Source: Candidatus Spongiihabitans thiooxidans (lineage in GTDB: Bacteria > Pseudomonadota > Gammaproteobacteria > Arenicellales > Poriferihabitantaceae). From it: a DNA stretch of 64,000 nt. The stretch lies in NCBI GenBank assembly GCA_001543005.1, contig LFLB01000031.1, forward strand, positions 2,637 through 66,636. Reading direction: 5' to 3'. Position 1 is the first letter of the stretch. Each line of letters begins with the position of its first letter. Positions 38,210-46,578 of this stretch are shown one piece after another. The notes beneath the pieces were generated by a model. It worked only from the letters and a program-made list of their open reading frames with translations. It had not been told where the DNA came from and ran no database searches. The position numbers were made by a program, and so were the translations under genes.

Positions 38210-39945
38210 TTTCGCCACGCCGTGGCCAAGCGTCGCACCAGCAACAGGAAGCCGAGCAGGCAAACTATCAATATGGCGTACAACGTTACCAGCCAACCGC
38301 GTGTCCCGAACCCGGCTTCTTGGTACGGTGTCAGCAGCGGGCGACCGTTCAGGCGTACCCGGTTGTCCTCGGCTTGCACCACCAGCCGCCCGTCGGCATC
38401 AATGCTGGCATCAATGAAGCCGATGATAAAGTCATCAAACTTGGGCGCGATGTAGGCCACCGCTCGCCAACGCAACTGGTTGGCACGTTGTTGTTTCGGC
38501 GGCATCAACAGTATTGAGTTCCATTCAAGCGGTAGCGAAAGGCCGCGCCACACGTCGGGATGGGTGTTTAGCTGCAGTAGTGGACGCGCTACCGCAGGCA
38601 GCGACGCGGCATTATGTCGTGCCTGCCCGACCGAGACCTGCTGTAGCCGCCGATTGGGCTCAATGATAAGTGCCGTGTTCGCCTGCTCCTCAAACTCAAG
38701 CGAGATGACTTTGAGTTGCGGTTGGTTGCGCCCATCGGCGGCAGGCGGTTGGATTCCCATAGCCAGGTCTTCGGGAAAATTTTGTGCCAGATTCTGGAAT
38801 ACATCCCAAACCAGCGTGCTCACCAGTGTGCGTGTTTGCGGATCAAGTTCCAGCGGCGCAGTGAATGCACGGCTGAGCAGTTGCTCAAAATTTGCCAGCT
38901 GGGCGCTCGGTGAGGCACCCGCATCCAGGGTTGCTTGCAACTTGCCGATGAAATCAAACAGCACCATTAGCACCCGTTCTACTGTCGGTTCGGTGTCGCC
39001 CCAGTTGAGCGCCTGAGCGCTATCCGGGCGCAGCGACTCCGGCGTGGAAAGCCGAAAACGGATGCGCCCGTCGCCCTCGCCCGCCGGTGCACCGAGCAAC
39101 CCTTGAGACTGCGAGCCGGGACGCGCATTGGGAAAACTGCCGCCCAGAGCGCTACTGCCGAAGTTGGTCGCGTCTGCAAACGAGCCGAAACCGGTCGCGC
39201 CCGGTAACGGACCGGGGACGGCCCCGCCTGGGAATGCACCGAAGCCGGCCGCCGCACCTTCGTCGGGTGCTCCCGGAAAACCCGGCGGCGGCCAGGTTTC
39301 ATCGCCACCGCCACCGCCGTCGCCCTGCGCCAGTGTCGGCAAGGCCGATGCCGCCGCCGAGCCGGTGCCCGCACCACAATCCTGGGCGGCGACAGCGGGC
39401 GGGCACTGGCCAGCCTGGGCCAGATCCAGCCCGCCAGAGAGAAAATGCCAATGCTGCACGGTGATGTCGTGGTCGCGCAAAATTGACATGGCCAGATAGA
39501 ATTGGGCGATGTCATACACGTCGGCGCGCAGACGCCGTTTGCGATCCTGGTCAAAATCGGCAAGCCAAGCGTCCATGCCGTTCGGTTCGCGCAATAACTG
39601 TTCTCGACGCCAGATTGTCCCGCTGTAAAATTCACGCACGAAGCCGCGGTGTAATTCAATAATCGGCAACACGTCGGGGTCGTACTGTTGATCGAGCGGC
39701 GAGTTGCGGTAGTCGTGCAACTGTGCCGGCCTGCTCGCCGCCAGGCTGTTCAGTACCAGCGAGGTGCTGAAGCGGCGGCTCATCATCGTTGCCACTTCTT
39801 CTATCTGCGAAGCGGTACGTTGTTCGTGTTCGCCGCGCGCGGCGATGCTGAGCACGATGACGATAATCAGCATCGCCAGGCCGTTGGCGAGGATATCCAC
39901 TAACGCAGTGCCAGAGAAATCGGGCATTTGCATCCGCCGTTTCAT
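38206..39945 (-). CDS. Hypothetical bitopic envelope protein with an ExbD/TolR-like N-terminal anchor, a Gly/Phe/Pro-rich spacer, a large unknown domain and a C-terminal TM
   Basis: The 579 aa show these parts. The N-terminus is KRRMQMPDFSGTALVDILANGLAMLIIVIVL. Low complexity spans ~aa 180-293 (GFPGAPDEGAAAGFGAFPGG...TGFGSFADATNFGSS). The C-terminal TM is GWLVTLYAILIVCLLGFLLLVRR. ATGA overlaps occur at both ends. Confidence 0.6.
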   Translation of the reverse strand: MKRRMQMPDFSGTALVDILANGLAMLIIVIVLSIAARGEHEQRTASQIEEVATMMSRRFSTSLVLNSLAASRPAQLHDYRNSPLDQQYDPDVLPIIELHRGFVREFYSGTIWRREQLLREPNGMDAWLADFDQDRKRRLRADVYDIAQFYLAMSILRDHDITVQHWHFLSGGLDLAQAGQCPPAVAAQDCGAGTGSAAASALPTLAQGDGGGGGDETWPPPGFPGAPDEGAAAGFGAFPGGAVPGPLPGATGFGSFADATNFGSSALGGSFPNARPGSQSQGLLGAPAGEGDGRIRFRLSTPESLRPDSAQALNWGDTEPTVERVLMVLFDFIGKLQATLDAGASPSAQLANFEQLLSRAFTAPLELDPQTRTLVSTLVWDVFQNLAQNFPEDLAMGIQPPAADGRNQPQLKVISLEFEEQANTALIIEPNRRLQQVSVGQARHNAASLPAVARPLLQLNTHPDVWRGLSLPLEWNSILLMPPKQQRANQLRWRAVAYIAPKFDDFIIGFIDASIDADGRLVVQAEDNRVRLNGRPLLTPYQEAGFGTRGWLVTLYAILIVCLLGFLLLVRRLATAWRK

Positions 39946-40475
39946 GGCGTTTTCTCGACGTAGTTCTGGATGTAGTCGGGGATGTCGTTCAGCGTCACCG
40001 ATTTGAGCAGTTCATTATCGGCGATTACCCAGCCGATGGCTAATACCTGTTGCGGCCACATCTGGCGTAAACACTCGCGCGCTAACGCCATGCTTAGCAC
40101 ACTGCCTTCCAGCATGAAAAACACCAGCTGGTTGCCGTTGTCCTGGTAAACGCGCCGGGCATAGTCAACGAAGGGGCTACCCGCCGCGCACACCTCAGCC
40201 GGGTTGATGCTGATGCCGGTTTCAATGATACGTAACTCGTCAGGAAAGGTGATCACCACGTAACCGCTACCGCCGTCAAGGCGTTCAATGCGGTACAGAC
40301 CGTCTTCGCTGTTGCGCTCCAGCCGTTCGCGTTGTGCCGCATCGGAATATAGGTTGACCACTACCAGAAACACCAACAGCACGCCAAACACGCCGCCGAA
40401 AATGGCCATCATTGGCGCGTTGTTCTCTTCTTGCAAGGCGTCCGCGGCAACGCGCCGCGCCGATGTGCGTCTCAC
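39942..40475 (-). CDS. Hypothetical single-pass membrane protein, ExbD/TolR-like by topology and N-terminal pattern
   Basis: 177 aa. The GTG start is preceded by GAGGAG. The N-terminus is ...EENNAPMMAIFGGVFGVLLVFLVVV, followed by a ~125-aa soluble domain. Similarity to ExbD was judged by eye only. Confidence 0.5.
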   Translation of the reverse strand: MRRTSARRVAADALQEENNAPMMAIFGGVFGVLLVFLVVVNLYSDAAQRERLERNSEDGLYRIERLDGGSGYVVITFPDELRIIETGISINPAEVCAAGSPFVDYARRVYQDNGNQLVFFMLEGSVLSMALARECLRQMWPQQVLAIGWVIADNELLKSVTLNDIPDYIQNYVEKTP

Positions 40476-40650
40476 TTCGGACTCCTCAGATTTTCAAGGC
40501 ACGAGTACGGGCATGAATTCAAGATCAAACTTAAGCATCGCCTATACTCGATGCCACGTTCTACTTCGCACCCCTTAGATTTTAAAGGAACGAGCACGAG
40601 CATGAATTCAAGATCAAACTTCAACATAGTCTATACTCAATGCCAAGTTC
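40474..40650. repeat. Two tandem ~89-bp AT-rich repeats inside the G+C-rich cassette
   Basis: 40474-40562 and 40563-40650 align with ~80% identity by eye. Copy 1 supplies the SD and GTG of the 177-aa gene. Confidence 0.9.
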
Positions 40651-40713
40651 AAAGAATTTATAAACGAGGTGAAAGAATTTATAAACGAGGTGCAGAAATT
40701 TATAAACGAGGTA
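40651..40713. repeat. 21-bp tandem repeat x3 (aaagaatttataaacgaggtg), overlapping the stop codon of the MotA/ExbB-like gene
   Basis: Read directly from the sequence. Confidence 0.95.
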
Positions 40714-41782
40714 AGGCATCCGACCGGGTTTTTTGCAAACGCCGTTCAAGAGTGGCGAGCAAGCGTTCTTCGCTACGTTGCACCAGTGCCAACACCAGCA
40801 TCAGCAGCACGCTCAACGACAGCGCGATTAAGGTAGTGTCAAAGGCGATGCCGAGCGGAGCGATGGCGGCGTCCAGGTCGCTCGACAGGCTGGCCAGCCC
40901 GGCATCCGAGGCGATGATACGGCGGATGCCATCAGCCGCCAGCGAAATACCGAGCACGGTGCCGATGAAACCCAAAATCGGCACGGCCCAACAGATGTAG
41001 CGTGGAATCAACCAAGATTCCTCGTGCCGCCGCCATAACAACTGCATAGACATGTCAAGGTCGGTGGGGTTTGCGCTGAGCACATCCAGGCTGGCGGCGA
41101 AGGGCGAAACTCGCATGCGCGGGTTGGTGCGCCAACCTGTCAGTACCCGGCGCAAGTACCAGCCGTTCCACGATTTGCCGAGCAACAGCAACATACCCCA
41201 GAAAAACAGTAGCATGGTGATCGGCGGAATCACGCCGCGTTCCAGAAAGCGCCGCGTCAGTGATTGCACATCGGCGGCGCCGCGCGCCAGTAGCTCAAGG
41301 CCGAGAATCGTGCCGGCACACAGAATCAGCGCGGTGATTAGCGACGGCAATATGCCCGGGCCGTAGATCAGGCGCGCCAGACGTTCAAGGCTTTGTTCGT
41401 GTTCGCCGGAGTTCACAGTGGCAACCCACAGGTTACAGGCGTGGAGCGCGAGCACGGCGATAAACATTGGCATCATGCGCCCGGCCCAGGCACCGCTGGC
41501 GCCGGCGCTAATCACCTGCCAGGCGGGCACCGCCAGTACCAGCGCCACCGCCACCAGAGCGATTGTGCCCAGCGCCAATAGACAAGTGAACAGTGCGTGG
41601 CGGGTGCCGAGGAAAAACCAGGTAATCACCAGCGCCCCGAGTGCAAGCACCGATGATACTGTGGCCAGCCACACGGGTAGTTCCAGTACCCGTGTCAGAT
41701 TGATGGCGACGAGTGTTAGCAGGATGAAATAAAGAAGCAGCGACAAGCGGGCAGGCCAGTATAAAGTCATGGGCGGTCTCAA
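40700..41782 (-). CDS. MotA/TolQ/ExbB proton-channel family protein with an extended polytopic N-terminal region
   Basis: The C-terminal part WAVPILGFIGTVLGISLAADGI...LDAAIAPLGIAFDTTLIALSLSVLLMLV matches the LG(L/F)xGTVxG ... G(I)xxAxxTTxxGL signature of MotA_ExbB. About six further hydrophobic segments lie N-terminal. Confidence 0.75.
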   Translation of the reverse strand: MRPPMTLYWPARLSLLLYFILLTLVAINLTRVLELPVWLATVSSVLALGALVITWFFLGTRHALFTCLLALGTIALVAVALVLAVPAWQVISAGASGAWAGRMMPMFIAVLALHACNLWVATVNSGEHEQSLERLARLIYGPGILPSLITALILCAGTILGLELLARGAADVQSLTRRFLERGVIPPITMLLFFWGMLLLLGKSWNGWYLRRVLTGWRTNPRMRVSPFAASLDVLSANPTDLDMSMQLLWRRHEESWLIPRYICWAVPILGFIGTVLGISLAADGIRRIIASDAGLASLSSDLDAAIAPLGIAFDTTLIALSLSVLLMLVLALVQRSEERLLATLERRLQKTRSDALPRL

Positions 41783-41827
41783 GATGTTGGTTTTTGTGGT
41801 AGCGGTAGGGTCAGGCTCAATTCAATT

Positions 41828-42721
41828 TCAGCCGCTGAGTAGTAATTCATTGACAAAGCGTGTTCCAAAATAAGCTAAAAAAAGAATTCCGAATGCGATA
41901 ATTGTCCATTTTGCGGCAGTTTGCCCCCGCCAACCCGCAATTTTACGCCCGGACAGTAAACATGCAAAGCAAAACCATGCCAATATGGAAAACAATATGT
42001 GGTGATTGAAATCCAGCAATGCGCCAAAATTTTTTAAATTAGAGATCATGCCGACAACTAAATTGGTTGTCATCAGTAAAAATCCCAATAGCGTCAGCCA
42101 AAACAGATTTGCCTGCATGGTTTGTATGGCTGGAAAAGCGGGCAGCCTGTTGCCCGGGTTAGGTTTGTGTAGTAACCGATCCTGTATAATCAACAAACAC
42201 GCTTGGGCAAAGGCGACGCATAATATGCCATAAGTCGGAATAGCCAGGGCAATGTGCCAGCCCATTCCCCGAGGGATTGGATTATGCGAAATTTGATTTA
42301 TTGAAAAGGCGTGATTAGTTGATGTTGCGTCAACTGATGTGAAGCCAATCAACACCGCGATCAATCCTAATGGAAGTACAATGATTCCAAGATTAATGGT
42401 TTTCTTGATAAACGAAATACATAAATATAATGCGACCGAAATCCATCCTGCCATTGATATTGCCAGTCCTAAAGAAATATTTGGATCGCCTTGTGAATAG
42501 ACCTGTGAATAGCCCGGTGAATCGACCTGAGAATAGATGCTGTGATAGAGTAAATAGCCATGCACGACGATTGCCAGGGTGGTCAATCCCGGTATCAGAA
42601 ACCTGGCATGACCGTTGTTGGAACGAGTGATGGTATAGCCATACGCTTCACGCCAAAGGAAAAATGTACCGAGGCAGTAAATTGCGACACAGGCCGTTAC
42701 CAAAATTAATGACCACGACAT
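41828..42721 (-). CDS. ypjD: Cytochrome c assembly (CcsA-like) family inner-membrane protein YpjD
   Basis: It is polytopic and divergent from ffh, as in E. coli. The start is set at ATG 42721 because the longer ORF would overlap ffh. Confidence 0.75.
   Translation of the reverse strand: MSWSLILVTACVAIYCLGTFFLWREAYGYTITRSNNGHARFLIPGLTTLAIVVHGYLLYHSIYSQVDSPGYSQVYSQGDPNISLGLAISMAGWISVALYLCISFIKKTINLGIIVLPLGLIAVLIGFTSVDATSTNHAFSINQISHNPIPRGMGWHIALAIPTYGILCVAFAQACLLIIQDRLLHKPNPGNRLPAFPAIQTMQANLFWLTLLGFLLMTTNLVVGMISNLKNFGALLDFNHHILFSILAWFCFACLLSGRKIAGWRGQTAAKWTIIAFGILFLAYFGTRFVNELLLSG
42489..42536. repeat. Imperfect 12-bp in-frame tandem repeat x4 inside ypjD (encodes YSQVDSPGYSQVYSQG)
   Basis: Read directly from the sequence. 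Confidence 0.8.
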
Positions 42722-42874
42722 ATCTAATACATAATTAGAGGGAATATACAGATGCGGTGAATTATACACTTCCATGAATCGGGCAAAGTCACTCATTAGC
42801 CTTTCTTGCATGGCTTTATCTTGGGCGCGCAAAAATAATTTTAACTCATCATTAACAGCAGGACGATTAAAAGC

Positions 42875-44236
42875 ATGTTTAACCAACTAAGCGATAAACT
42901 TCGCGGCACCATAAAAACCCTAAGTGGTCGAAGTCGTCTCACCGAAGCAAATATATCCGATGCGATGCGTGAGGTTCGGATCGCATTATTGGAAGCGGAT
43001 GTTTCACTTGAGGTTACTAAAAGTTTTATTGAACAGGTAAAGGTTCGGGCCGTTGGAGCCGAGGTGTTGGGCAGCTTGCAACCCGGTCAGGCGGTTATAA
43101 AAATCGTTCAAGACGAGCTGGTCAAATTGATGGGCGATGCAAATGAAGTGCTTAATCTGTCAGCACGTCCGCCGGCAACGATTTTCGTGGTCGGCCTTCA
43201 GGGTTCAGGTAAAACGACCACAGTGGGCAAACTGGGTCATTTTCTCAAAACCCGTCAGAAAAAATCTGTTTTGGTGGTTAGCACTGATATTTATCGTCCG
43301 GCAGCCATTGCTCAGCTTAAAGCCATTGCCGATGATCTTGGGTTAAATTTTTATCCAAGCAGTCAATCACAAAAACCCGTGGACATTGCCATGAATGCTT
43401 TGCAGCATGCGCGTAAAAACAGCATCGATGTGGTTATCGTCGATACCGCGGGACGCTTGCATGTGGACGAAAAAATGATGGGGCAAGCCAAGGCATTGCA
43501 GCAAGCGGTGCAACCCATAGAAACCTTGTTCGTGGTCGATAGCATGACCGGACAAGATGCGGTCAATAGTGCCCAAGCGTTTGCTCAGGCACTACCCTTG
43601 ACCGGGGTGATTTTGACCAAAACCGATGGCGACGCGCGCGCGGGTGCGGTGCTGTCTATTCGTCGGGAGACCGGCAAACCGATTAAATTTTTAGGCACCG
43701 GCGAAGCTATGGATGCGTTGCAGCCGTTTCACCCTGAGCGCGTTGCTTCGCGGATTCTGGGCATGGGGGATGTATTGTCGCTGGTCGAGGAAGTAGAGCG
43801 CAAGACGGACCAAGACCAGGCGGAAAAACTGATGAAAAAAATAACCCAAGGCAAAGGATTTGATTTGGAAGATTTTCGCGATCAGATGATGCAAATACAG
43901 AACATGGGCGGAATGATGGGGATGGTTGAAAAACTTCCCGGTATGGGCAAGCTATCACAACAGGCTCTGGATCAGGTTGGTGACAAGAAAACCGATCAAT
44001 CTATCGCGATTGTTAATTCGATGACGCCGCACGAACGAAAATTCCCCGCAGTCATTCGCGCTTCCAGAAAACAGCGCATAGCCGCCGGATCTGGCACACA
44101 GGTGCAGGAGGTTAATCGTTTGTTGAAACAATTTCTGCAAATGCAAAAAATGATGAAAAGGATGAAAAAGAAGGGGGCAGTGAAAGGCCTGCTCGATCAA
44201 TTTCATGGCGGTGCAATGCCTGGCAGACGGTTTTGA
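42875..44236 (+). CDS. ffh: Signal recognition particle protein Ffh
   Basis: MFNQLSDKLRG..., GLQGSGKTTT, DTAGR, and a Met-rich M domain. Confidence 0.97.
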   Translation: MFNQLSDKLRGTIKTLSGRSRLTEANISDAMREVRIALLEADVSLEVTKSFIEQVKVRAVGAEVLGSLQPGQAVIKIVQDELVKLMGDANEVLNLSARPPATIFVVGLQGSGKTTTVGKLGHFLKTRQKKSVLVVSTDIYRPAAIAQLKAIADDLGLNFYPSSQSQKPVDIAMNALQHARKNSIDVVIVDTAGRLHVDEKMMGQAKALQQAVQPIETLFVVDSMTGQDAVNSAQAFAQALPLTGVILTKTDGDARAGAVLSIRRETGKPIKFLGTGEAMDALQPFHPERVASRILGMGDVLSLVEEVERKTDQDQAEKLMKKITQGKGFDLEDFRDQMMQIQNMGGMMGMVEKLPGMGKLSQQALDQVGDKKTDQSIAIVNSMTPHERKFPAVIRASRKQRIAAGSGTQVQEVNRLLKQFLQMQKMMKRMKKKGAVKGLLDQFHGGAMPGRRF

Positions 44237-44305
44237 CGGTGTTAATGCAAACTCTTGGAAACTCGTATTAAATATCGTTATACTCGGTGGTTATTAGTAT
44301 GTGGC

Positions 44306-44326
44306 AAGTCCCGGTGCGGACTTTTT
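44306..44326 (+). terminator. Weak terminator-like hairpin after ffh
   Basis: AAGTCC-cggtgc-GGACTT is followed by TTT. Confidence 0.4.
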
Positions 44327-44341
44327 AACCAAAGGTAATCA

Positions 44342-46072
44342 ATGATTTTAAAAGGTGCAGATATTCTCGTCCGTTGTCTCCAGGATGAAGGAATCGAATA
44401 CATTTTTGGATATCCCGGTGGGGCGGCATTGCATATTTACGATGCGGTGTATCGTCAGGACAAAATAAAGCATATATTGGTGCGCCACGAGCAAGGTGCG
44501 ACCCATGCCGCGGATGGCTATGCACGGGCCACAGGCAAGGCTGGCGTGGTATTGGTCACCTCCGGTCCGGGTGTGACCAATACCGTCACTGGCATCGCCA
44601 CCGCTTTTATGGATTCCATCCCAATGGTGGTTATCACGGCGCAGGTTTCATCCCACTTGATTGGCGATGACGCATTTCAGGAGGTCGATACCGTCGGCAT
44701 CACCCGCCCATGCGTAAAACATAATTTTCTGGTTAAGGATGTTAACCAACTGGCTGAGACCATGAAGAAAGCGTTTTATGTTGCGACTTCTGGTCGACCA
44801 GGCCCGGTGGTGGTTGATGTCCCCAAGGACATCACCGCCCAGACGGCTGAATATAAATACCCCAAAACCATCAATATGCGTTCTTACCAGCCTCGTACCA
44901 AAGGCCACATCAAGCAGATTGAGCGCGGCATCGAAATTTTGCTTCAGGCGAAAAAGCCGATCATTTATAGTGGTGGAGGGGTAGTCATTGCCAATGCCGG
45001 ACCTGCGTTAACGCAGCTCGTGGACATTCTGAAATTTCCAAGCACAAGCACCCTGATGGGACTCGGCGCAATCCCGGCTTCCAATCCATGCTTTCTTGGA
45101 ATGCTGGGTATGCATGGCACCTATGAATCCAACATGGCCATGTATGAATGCGATGTCATGTTAGCGATTGGCGCCCGCTTCGATGACCGGGTAACCGGAG
45201 AACTTGCGAAGTTTTCGCCTAATTCTAAAATTGTGCAAATTGATATTGACCCAGCGTCTATCGGAAAAAATGTTGCAGTGGAAGTTCCTATTGTCGGCGA
45301 CTGCAATGAAGTTCTGTTGGTTATGAATGAACAATTAAAAACCAAAGTAGACAAAATTGATCGCGCTGCGGTTGAGCAGTGGTGGGAAATAATTAACCAG
45401 TGGAAAACCAAGGATTCTCTGGCATACGACCTCGACGACAAGGTAATAAAACCGCAATATGTGGTGCAAAAACTATTGGAGATAACCAAAGGCGACGCCT
45501 ATATCACTTCCGATGTCGGGCAACATCAAATGTGGGCGGCGCAATATTATACCTTTGAGCAGCCGCGTCGTTGGATCAATTCCGGTGGATTAGGCACCAT
45601 GGGATTTGGGTTGCCGGCCGCCATGGGCGTGCAACTGGCATTTCCGCATGAGGTCGTGGTTTGCATTACCGGCGATGCCAGTATTCAAATGTGTTTGCAG
45701 GAACTGTCCACCTGTTTGCAATATGGATTGCCGATTAAAATAATTAACCTGAATAACCAGTATATGGGCATGGTTCGGCAGTGGCAGGAGTTTTTTTATG
45801 ATCGCCGATATTCACATTCCTATATGGATGCACTGCCGGATTTTGTAAAACTGGCGGAGAGTTATGGTCATATCGGTATGCGGGTCGAGGATCCCGGGCA
45901 GGTGGACGACGTTTTGGAAGCAGCATTTTCCATGAAAGACCGACTGGTTTTTGTGGATGTGATTACGGACCGCACCGAAAACGTTTATCCCATGATTGCG
46001 GCCGGAAAAGGGCATAACGAAATGCACTTGAAACCGGGCGACCAGGATGCCCAGGAACGGGAGTTAGCTTAA
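44342..46072 (+). CDS. ilvI: Acetolactate synthase large subunit (biosynthetic type)
   Basis: It shows ThDP enzyme motifs: GYPGGA, GPG.TN and [15 protein letters not shown]. Confidence 0.95.
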   Translation: MILKGADILVRCLQDEGIEYIFGYPGGAALHIYDAVYRQDKIKHILVRHEQGATHAADGYARATGKAGVVLVTSGPGVTNTVTGIATAFMDSIPMVVITAQVSSHLIGDDAFQEVDTVGITRPCVKHNFLVKDVNQLAETMKKAFYVATSGRPGPVVVDVPKDITAQTAEYKYPKTINMRSYQPRTKGHIKQIERGIEILLQAKKPIIYSGGGVVIANAGPALTQLVDILKFPSTSTLMGLGAIPASNPCFLGMLGMHGTYESNMAMYECDVMLAIGARFDDRVTGELAKFSPNSKIVQIDIDPASIGKNVAVEVPIVGDCNEVLLVMNEQLKTKVDKIDRAAVEQWWEIINQWKTKDSLAYDLDDKVIKPQYVVQKLLEITKGDAYITSDVGQHQMWAAQYYTFEQPRRWINSGGLGTMGFGLPAAMGVQLAFPHEVVVCITGDASIQMCLQELSTCLQYGLPIKIINLNNQYMGMVRQWQEFFYDRRYSHSYMDALPDFVKLAESYGHIGMRVEDPGQVDDVLEAAFSMKDRLVFVDVITDRTENVYPMIAAGKGHNEMHLKPGDQDAQERELA

Positions 46073-46578
46073 TGAGGAGGATAATCGCGGTCTTGCTTGA
46101 AAACGAATCCGGGGCGTTATCGCGTGTTGCGGGTCTGTTTTCCGCGCGCGGCTACAATATTGAATCGCTGACCGTGGCCCCGACGGACGACCAATCGCTA
46201 TCGAGGATGACCATCGTAACCAGTGGTACCGATGCCATCATTGAGCAAATAACCAAACAGCTCAATAAACTGATTGATGTCGTCAAATTGCGTGACCTGA
46301 CCGAAGGCAGACATCTTGGGCGAGAACTCATGCTGGTTAAGGTATGTGCAGCAAATATAGATCAAAAAGATGAAATTAAACGATTGGTTGATATATTCCG
46401 TGGTCATATTATTGATGTAACCGAATCAACCTATACTCTGGAAATGACCGGTAGCAGTGAAAAAGTTGATGCTTTCCTTGAAGCATTGTCACAAATCGAA
46501 TTGGTTGAAGTTGTGCGCTCAGGAATTCTGGGTATTAGCCGAGGCAAGAACGCGCTTAAGGCGCCCCCTCTTTCATAA
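46072..46578 (+). CDS. ilvH: Acetolactate synthase small (regulatory) subunit
   Basis: The ACT domain reads RRIIAVLLENESGALSRVAGLFSARGYNIESLTV. Confidence 0.95.
   Translation: MRRIIAVLLENESGALSRVAGLFSARGYNIESLTVAPTDDQSLSRMTIVTSGTDAIIEQITKQLNKLIDVVKLRDLTEGRHLGRELMLVKVCAANIDQKDEIKRLVDIFRGHIIDVTESTYTLEMTGSSEKVDAFLEALSQIELVEVVRSGILGISRGKNALKAPPLS

Larger units (their letters stand above)
36330..41827. other. Compositionally foreign (G+C-rich) insertion between tsaB and ypjD
   Basis: There is an abrupt by-eye shift to G+C-rich sequence, and long spurious antisense ORFs occur only here. No integrase or tRNA is present. Confidence 0.75.

Noticed and set aside
36977-39659. Many long ORFs on the plus strand or in alternative frames within the island, for example 37267-37968, 37331-37825, 38013-38517, 38480-39016, 38979-39659 and 39087-39499.
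   Set aside because: They overlap the well-supported minus-strand genes and have Arg/Pro/Ala-rich, low-information translations. These are typical stop-codon-poor artefacts of G+C-rich DNA.
40474-40713. Whether the direct repeats between the island genes are a CRISPR array.
   Set aside because: The repeats are directly adjacent (89+89 bp, then 21 bp x3) with no unique spacers, and no cas genes are nearby.
36647-41782. Whether the cassette is simply a Zorya, Ton (ExbB-ExbD-TonB) or Tol-Pal system.
   Set aside because: By eye there is no OmpA-like peptidoglycan-binding domain (ZorB/MotB/Pal). There is also no ZorC/ZorD/ZorE-type partner, no TonB C-terminal domain or TonB-dependent receptor, and no TolB/Pal. 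I therefore do not assign it to these systems, but only HMM or structure searches can settle this.
42722-42886. A longer ypjD ORF starting at 42886.
   Set aside because: It would overlap the divergently transcribed ffh start (42875) and would add a non-hydrophobic 55-aa extension absent from YpjD-type proteins. The internal ATG at 42721 is preferred.
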